From contig CAZWNU010000001.1 of assembly GCA_964635515.1 (NCBI GenBank), positions 5,068-69,067 on the forward strand: DNA of 64,000 bases, written 5' to 3'. Numbering within the stretch: the first letter of the stretch is position 1; the number at the start of each line of letters is the position of its first letter. The notes below the pieces were generated by a model. It saw only the letters and a list, made by a program, of their open reading frames with translations. It was not told the origin of the DNA and did not search any database. The translations under genes were made by a program, and so were the position numbers. This document shows, in pieces, positions 58,298-64,000 of this stretch. This DNA is from an uncultured Gammaproteobacteria bacterium (GTDB lineage: Bacteria; Patescibacteriota; Patescibacteriia; Patescibacteriales; JAGXOH01).

Positions 58298-59452
58298 CTA
58301 GTTCAGCACATGAGGATGTCTTTCATTCATCCTATCCAAAACCTTTCTTTTAACCTCCAACACATCCTCCATAGAAGGATTGGGCGCTAGATTATCCATG
58401 TTCAAAACATCGGATAACATTTTAGGGATCTCAGAAAAGGAGATCTTGTTCTTTAAGAAAATGTCCACAATAATTTCATCGGCAAAGACCAGGGCAGCCG
58501 GAAAACTTCCACCTTTCTCTCCTGCTTGATAAGCAAGTTTTAAACAAGGAAATTTCTCCATGTCGGGCTTAAAAAAAGATAATTTCCCTACCTCAGTCAA
58601 GTCTATATCATTAAAAGAGCGGGGAGCTCTTACAGGATGGAAAAGGGCCGATTGAATTGGGGTTTTCATATCTGGAGCTGAGAGCAATGCCTTTATACTG
58701 CCGTCTCGGAACTCCACCATAGAATGAATAATACATTCGGGATGAATCACCACTTTTATTTTATCAAAAGGTAGCCGGAATAAATAATGGGCTTCTATAA
58801 CCTCCAAACCCTTGTTCATTAATGTGGAAGAATCAACAGTTATCTTAGAACCCATATCCCAAACCGGATGCCGGCTGGCCTCCTCATTTTTAACCTTTAC
58901 CAACTCCTCCTTGGAATGCTTCCAAAAAGGACCTCCGGAACAAGTTAAAATCAAATTTTTAACCTCGCCCACGTCCTCTCCTTTCAAACACTCGAACAAA
59001 GCTGAATGTTCAGAATCCAAAGGAATCAACTCCCCTCCATACCTGTCCAGGTAGCTGTTTATTATTTGACCAGCAGAAATAATACTTTCTTTGTTGGCGA
59101 TCAGTATTTTCTTCTTGTTCTTGATAGCTTCTATCAAGGGGACAAGGGCGGAGGTTCCTGAAGAAGAAAAAACAATGATATCAATATCATTGTTACAAAC
59201 CAAATCAATTAAGCCTTCTTGTCCAAAACAAAAGTCGACATTCGGGAAAAAGGCGGAAATTTTTTTTGCTGTTTCCTTTTTTTCTAAACAGACCACCCCG
59301 GGTCGAAATTCTTCTATCTGAGAAGATAGCTCTTCTATGTTATCTCTGGCAGCTAAACCATAGACTCGAAAATGTTCTTTATGAGTTTTAAGAACCTCCA
59401 TGGTTTGCTTGCCCACCGAGCCGGTCGATCCGAACACAAAGACTCTCTTCAT
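58298..59452 (-). CDS. dxr: 1-deoxy-D-xylulose 5-phosphate reductoisomerase
   Basis: GSTGSVG, ANKES, DSEHSA, SGGPF, HP.W.MG.KITVDSST.MNKGLEVIEAH.LF, PDM..PI. Confidence 0.95.
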   Translation of the reverse strand: MKRVFVFGSTGSVGKQTMEVLKTHKEHFRVYGLAARDNIEELSSQIEEFRPGVVCLEKKETAKKISAFFPNVDFCFGQEGLIDLVCNNDIDIIVFSSSGTSALVPLIEAIKNKKKILIANKESIISAGQIINSYLDRYGGELIPLDSEHSALFECLKGEDVGEVKNLILTCSGGPFWKHSKEELVKVKNEEASRHPVWDMGSKITVDSSTLMNKGLEVIEAHYLFRLPFDKIKVVIHPECIIHSMVEFRDGSIKALLSAPDMKTPIQSALFHPVRAPRSFNDIDLTEVGKLSFFKPDMEKFPCLKLAYQAGEKGGSFPAALVFADEIIVDIFLKNKISFSEIPKMLSDVLNMDNLAPNPSMEDVLEVKRKVLDRMNERHPHVLN

Positions 59453-59622
59453 AAATTTTTATTAAACACTACTATTTCTATTCTAACATAAAAGCAAAAA
59501 CCGGAAAATGTCTATCTTTACCAATCAGGGGCTTCAGTTGAGCTTTTAAGCTTCTCTGCCCTGGAGGCTTTTGGGGAAAATTTTAGATAAAAACTAAAAT
59601 TGTGAACTTAGCTTTTCAGGAT

Positions 59623-60576
59623 TCAAGATGTTTTACTATCCTGATTGACATATATTTTTTCCAAGTGTTTTAACATTCTGGCAAACCTGGGAAATCTTGC
59701 TAAAGGGCGCAGAAACCTAACAAAAATAGCCATGTGTCTGGTCACCTCCAATCCGCCCCGAGAAAAGACCTCAAAAGCCACAGCCAGGCCTTGAAAGAAA
59801 CGGAAAACTATAAAAAAAGGTATGGTAGCGATTATATCCAACCAATATTTCCTCATAAAATCCTTGAGTTTGGGCACTTTTCTAAATTTGAAAGAGAGAT
59901 CAAGGACAAAAAACAAAATGACCGCCCAGTCAATTAAATTAAAATAAAAAGAATAAGGAGCCACCTGATCAGCATAAACAAATTCCACCACAATAGCCAC
60001 AAACAAAATAACCAGGGCATAAGGAACAGCATTATCAACCGCCCTTTCAATCTTCTGATAATAGCTAAGCTTACTTGAGTCTATTTTGGGATCTTCGATC
60101 AGGCCAAGCAAGGTGGCTATTCTTTCCACTACAAAAGCTGTCGTGGCCAAGGCTACAAAGAAAGCCAAAAGAGCCGGAATGGTAAGAATAAACTCAGTCA
60201 GGCCATACCCCCCGAGAATGAAACCAAAAGCATAAGCGACAGCCGGAGGATGAGAAGTATCTGTAATTATCAAAATAGCTATAATAAGGCCAACAGCCAA
60301 GGCCGCTTGAATACTTAAGGAGAAAGGAGACAAAGAAACAAGGAATCCTATTAAAGCCGCCCCCAGATAACTGAAAACTATTGTTTTGGGTCTGGCCGAA
60401 GGATTAGTAGGATTAAAGACCACAATAGCGGTAGTGGCGGCGAAGGAAGCAATGGCAATTCCATGGCCAATAGCTTGCTCAAAAACACTAAAAACAAAAA
60501 TCATTATCGCCATCATTAAAGCAGCAATAGACGAGGCCACAAAGGCGTGTCTGAGATGATGGTCTTTGGTCGACAT
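59623..60576 (-). CDS. HPP family membrane protein fused to a voltage-sensor-like (S1-S4) domain
   Basis: N-half has ASFAAT, P..P.ARP and HPPA. C-half has IDW..ILFF.LD, YWLDIIATIPF and RFLRPLARFPRFARMLK. Confidence 0.8.
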   Translation of the reverse strand: MSTKDHHLRHAFVASSIAALMMAIMIFVFSVFEQAIGHGIAIASFAATTAIVVFNPTNPSARPKTIVFSYLGAALIGFLVSLSPFSLSIQAALAVGLIIAILIITDTSHPPAVAYAFGFILGGYGLTEFILTIPALLAFFVALATTAFVVERIATLLGLIEDPKIDSSKLSYYQKIERAVDNAVPYALVILFVAIVVEFVYADQVAPYSFYFNLIDWAVILFFVLDLSFKFRKVPKLKDFMRKYWLDIIATIPFFIVFRFFQGLAVAFEVFSRGGLEVTRHMAIFVRFLRPLARFPRFARMLKHLEKIYVNQDSKTS

Positions 60577-60579
60577 TTC

Positions 60580-61335
60580 TTATCTATTAATATTTAACTT
60601 CTCTACTGCCTCTCTGTAAGCGCAAAAATCACAGTTCGGATCAGGCTTGGGAAATCGAGAGGAGTCCAAGGTGTCCTTGATATCTTTTAAGGTATCTTCC
60701 AGCCAAGAATCGTCTCCGGTATAAGCGATTAAAGTGATTTTAAATTCCAACTTGGCATCGAACTTCTCAGTATCAGTGATTCCGTTACAATAGACAAAAT
60801 AACCAGTGTCGGAAACCGAATAACCATTTTGACGCAAAAGCCATTGGTAAACCTCCATCTGTCTCTTGTAACCTCTCTGCCAATCTTTATTTAATTCAGT
60901 AATATCTTCTTCCTTGGAGGTTGCCTTATAATCAACCACAATATATTCTCCTTGGGGATTTATCCAAAGATCGTCAATGGCGCCGCTGACTTGAAAACCG
61001 GTGGGTTTATGATAACATTGCACTCCTTGAAAATTACGCCTCCAGACGTCCAGATGATCATGTTTCACCGGCCGAGCGGCAATTCCATAGCGCTCAATCA
61101 ATTCATGGGTTTCACCCTTTTCTCTTAAAATATCAAATTCTTTTTTCAACAGTTCATCTACCGCTGTATTCAGAGCAAAGGGAAATCCGGGCGGACGTTT
61201 TACCCCTAATTTATTATCTAAATAAAAACAAAGCGGGCACTCTATAAACAAGTCTATCTTAGAACGACTCAGTCTCCACTTGCTGCCACCATAATTATAG
61301 GTGGCGCTACGGTTGGGATTATAAAAACTGGACAT
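60580..61335 (-). CDS. PD-(D/E)XK nuclease (RecB/Cas4-like, solo)
   Basis: LSRSKI..F.ECP.C, GAIDD, VVDYKAT, QMEVY, C-terminal CDFC. Confidence 0.88.
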   Translation of the reverse strand: MSSFYNPNRSATYNYGGSKWRLSRSKIDLFIECPLCFYLDNKLGVKRPPGFPFALNTAVDELLKKEFDILREKGETHELIERYGIAARPVKHDHLDVWRRNFQGVQCYHKPTGFQVSGAIDDLWINPQGEYIVVDYKATSKEEDITELNKDWQRGYKRQMEVYQWLLRQNGYSVSDTGYFVYCNGITDTEKFDAKLEFKITLIAYTGDDSWLEDTLKDIKDTLDSSRFPKPDPNCDFCAYREAVEKLNINR

Positions 61336-61350
61336 AAAATCTATATATAA

Positions 61351-62109
61351 TTAAAAAGAAAAATGCTTTAACCCCTCAATTATTCCCTGAGAAAAGTTTT
61401 TTTTGGCTATATAGACACGGGAAGGGTCTCCGGAAAGATCTTTCTTTAAAGATTCAGGAGCATTACCGACTAAAACGGCCTTAAATCCAGTGCTTAAAGC
61501 TTCCAGGTCATTTCCGGAATCACCTGCATAAATAACTTCATCTTTCCCAGCCCCCAACTTCTTAGCCAAAAATTCAAGAACACCACCTTTTCCTCCTAGC
61601 CTGGGTATGATATCAACCAGCCCCAAATTTTTGACCCTGTCTTCGGAATAGATCAGTTTAGCTGGAGTATCAACCAATCTTTCTTCAATTTCCTCAAGAG
61701 CTTCCTTTTTATTGTAATCCAGCTTTAAGTAATAACTTAACTTAAAATCGGTTTGAGCTCGATCTTCTTGAAGGCTAAGGCCTGCTATACCCTTCAACTT
61801 TTTCTTCATTTCCAGCCAATTATAGGACTCGGAAAGTAGGTAATCTTCATAATCTTTATCTTTCTTCCACTCCCCTCTCCGGAGAGAATAAATGGCAGTG
61901 CCTACGTCAGATGATAGAAAATCGGTCTGAGGAAGATAATAATCAGCTAACACTTCTAAGATCATGGATAAACTTCTACCGCTGATGTAGGCGATCTTTA
62001 GATCTTTTCTTTTTTTTAGGATATCTTCCAACTCTTTTAGATCCTCTTTAACAAAAGATTCTTCCTTGGGAACAAGAGTATTATCTATATCACTGGCAAA
62101 TAGTTTCAT
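61351..62109 (-). CDS. HAD-IIB hydrolase, sucrose-phosphate-phosphatase-like
   Basis: SDIDNTL, SGRS, DVGT.I, Q..FKLSY, D.IP...GK, AGDSGND, VGNA, GI.EGL.HF. Confidence 0.88.
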   Translation of the reverse strand: MKLFASDIDNTLVPKEESFVKEDLKELEDILKKRKDLKIAYISGRSLSMILEVLADYYLPQTDFLSSDVGTAIYSLRRGEWKKDKDYEDYLLSESYNWLEMKKKLKGIAGLSLQEDRAQTDFKLSYYLKLDYNKKEALEEIEERLVDTPAKLIYSEDRVKNLGLVDIIPRLGGKGGVLEFLAKKLGAGKDEVIYAGDSGNDLEALSTGFKAVLVGNAPESLKKDLSGDPSRVYIAKKNFSQGIIEGLKHFSF

Positions 62110-63314
62110 ATTATCTTACCTGATTTAAAAGCAAATATTTGACCGGCGGCGTTCCAAGCCATATATGGAGTCCCTTCGGGTGTTTTTTTCTTACCGTGAA
62201 GATACTCATAAAAACCCCAACTACCACCCTCCCTTCGGTCCAGATAGTTGGCTTTAGTGATCTCTTCTAAACAATGCTCAGCCAGATCTTTTCGATCGGA
62301 TCTTCTCAGTGCTGCCGCGTAAAAACCGTTTATCATTGGCCACAGGCCTCCATTGTGATTTAAATAGGGCTTGTTTTTGAACTCGAACAAAAAGGAAACC
62401 TGAAGTTCTTCCCAATCCTTGTCACCTCTCTTAATTATTGGATAAAAAGCGGGGATTAACGAGTTTTGGGAAATTTCAGTCGCATACTCTATTATTTTTT
62501 GACTCTGCTCTTTAGTGGACAGACCAAAAAGAATAACCAAAGAATTGGCAAAAAAATCAAATCTTTTGGTTTCAACGTCAAAGGACTCTATCCAATAACT
62601 ACTGTTTTTATTTAACTTATCAAATATAGCTTGATGATAAATATATTTCCTGTCTTTTTTCTCAACCTTGTCCGGTCCGAAATTGACCTCAATCCTTCGT
62701 TTTAATTTGTTTTTCTTCTTAACCCAATAACTAAAAGAATCACCCCTGACCTTCCTTATCTTAATAAACTCGGTTAAGGCTTGATAATAAAGAACTTGAT
62801 CATAAAGCAGATAACCCTGTCTGGGCATTTCATCAGCCCAGTCGCCGGATCTGGGTACGAAAATGAAGCCCCTTTGATTGAATTCCCAAGATTCAAGAAG
62901 GGAGATAACCTTGACTATTGCTGGATAGTGAAGATCCAAAAACTCCTGGTCCCGAGTTTGATTGTAATATTTGACACAACCAAGAACATACCATAAAGGC
63001 GAGTCGACTCGACCAGCCAGAGTACCATAACTCACCCTCTTGCTTTCGGGACTGACATTGCTGGGAATCTCTCCTTGCCTGCCCTGAAACTTTAAAAGAG
63101 TATCCAGGGTTTTTCTAAAAGCATTGATCAATCTTTCCTCCCCGGTGAGAAGAGCCGCTAGTCCGGTAATAACCCCGTCTCTCGCCCAAACCCTTCTGTA
63201 ATTAGCTCTTTTCTTGGAAGAGGCATAAAAACCATGCTCAGAAGAACATTTATACAAGAGATCAATCGACTTTTTATATCCGACACGAGGCAAATCCATC
63301 ATAAAAACCTTCAT
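62106..63314 (-). CDS. (alpha/alpha)6 glycoside hydrolase, GH100 alkaline/neutral-invertase-like
   Basis: NY.RVW.RDG, G.IPSNV, GRVDS.LWY, DWADE, HNGG.WP, AWNAAG. Confidence 0.8.
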   Translation of the reverse strand: MKVFMMDLPRVGYKKSIDLLYKCSSEHGFYASSKKRANYRRVWARDGVITGLAALLTGEERLINAFRKTLDTLLKFQGRQGEIPSNVSPESKRVSYGTLAGRVDSPLWYVLGCVKYYNQTRDQEFLDLHYPAIVKVISLLESWEFNQRGFIFVPRSGDWADEMPRQGYLLYDQVLYYQALTEFIKIRKVRGDSFSYWVKKKNKLKRRIEVNFGPDKVEKKDRKYIYHQAIFDKLNKNSSYWIESFDVETKRFDFFANSLVILFGLSTKEQSQKIIEYATEISQNSLIPAFYPIIKRGDKDWEELQVSFLFEFKNKPYLNHNGGLWPMINGFYAAALRRSDRKDLAEHCLEEITKANYLDRREGGSWGFYEYLHGKKKTPEGTPYMAWNAAGQIFAFKSGKII

Positions 63315-63399
63315 TTAGAACCTTTTAATAAATTCGGAGTTAACTTTATTTTATTATACTAAGACCCATTTGTAAACGCAGATAGAAACTGATAAAGGA

Positions 63400-64000
63400 T
63401 TATTCTATACCTAATTCCAAGGCTCTCTTGATCTGGGGGATTTCTCTAGCCTTCACATCGGACAAGGAATTTTCTTTGTAGTCCTGGATTATTTTAACTC
63501 CCTCCAGGTCCAGAGCTGTTCTTTTAGTTGAGGCTAAAATGAGCTCCGGTCGCCTTGTGGGACCTTTCATAGGACCCCGGCTAATGAAACAAACGCGAGC
63601 ATCCATAACAACCAGATCGGGCTTAATTATCGAATTCAACTCAGCGATTTTTTCTTGAAGATGCCGAGCATGAAGAGACAACCTTTCCCTGGGCCTCATT
63701 AAGCCTACTGCTAATTTTAAGGCTCCGGTATATTGAGACAAAAAATGAGTTTTTAAGCACGGTAAAAATATCAATTTATCTGCCTTTTCCAAGGGGCCGG
63801 CAAGAGAAACATTCTTCAAATACCTTCCTTGGGGCACCTTCTTTTTTACCCAGGATCCCCGATCAAGATTAAGTACTTTAACTTTCGGATCTAAGTCTTC
63901 TAGCTCATAAACCCCTAAATCGATTAAAACATCTTCGGTTTTGGCTAACATGGTAGAAGAAGCTCCAATTAAAACCTCTCGGGGTTGTTGTTCCAAGACC
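63400..64000 (-). CDS. DUF362 family protein, C-terminal part (runs off window end)
   Basis: LPCLKTH....TGALK..VG, PDLVVMD....SRGP..G, ALD. Confidence 0.8.
   Translation of the reverse strand, partial: VLEQQPREVLIGASSTMLAKTEDVLIDLGVYELEDLDPKVKVLNLDRGSWVKKKVPQGRYLKNVSLAGPLEKADKLIFLPCLKTHFLSQYTGALKLAVGLMRPRERLSLHARHLQEKIAELNSIIKPDLVVMDARVCFISRGPMKGPTRRPELILASTKRTALDLEGVKIIQDYKENSLSDVKAREIPQIKRALELGIE

Noticed and set aside
59525-59562. Imperfect GC-rich hairpin between the HPP gene and dxr
   Set aside because: No U-tract and no recognisable riboswitch consensus; too weak to call.
60580-61335. CRISPR-Cas system around the Cas4-like gene
   Set aside because: No repeat-spacer array or other cas genes were seen in the window.
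227-63000. Numerous 60-190 aa antisense or nested ORFs in the track (e.g. 227..796, 5115..5522, 5754..6263, 23561..23965, 47590..48000, 54052..54453)
   Set aside because: They lie opposite or inside well-supported genes, have Ser/Phe/Leu-rich shadow composition and show no motifs.

Overview
AT-rich, genetic-code-11 chromosomal segment that looks like a Patescibacteria/CPR (Parcubacteria, Falkowbacteria-like) genome, judged from gene content and the mostly SD-less 'tATG' starts. It holds about 65 CDS, mainly housekeeping: gltX, lysS, serS, gyrB, pgk-eno-gpmI, rpmE-prfA-prmC, rplY, rpmA, pyrG, greA, pilT, rodA, ddl, ftsQ, a Xer recombinase and envelope-glycan genes. I saw no rRNA, tRNA, CRISPR array or IS element. 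Gene polarity flips from + to - at about 43.4 kb next to the xer gene and dif-like half-sites, suggesting the replication terminus. The most striking pattern is five isolated monocistronic genes sharing one expression layout that their neighbours lack: sigma70 promoter, boxA-like motif (GHTCYTTHWA), strong Shine-Dalgarno, ORF, intrinsic terminator. They are two orphan small proteins, an RpoH-like sigma factor, an alpha/beta hydrolase and ugd. Other notable items are an HPP transporter fused to a pore-less voltage-sensor-like domain, a TagA-RppH-like Nudix fusion, a membrane-anchored Zn-finger Clp ATPase, several proteins with eroded active sites (iPGM, HtrA, MurF), a solo dxr, a eukaryote-like PP2C and a GH100/SPP-like pair. 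All calls come from reading motifs by eye; no database searches were run.
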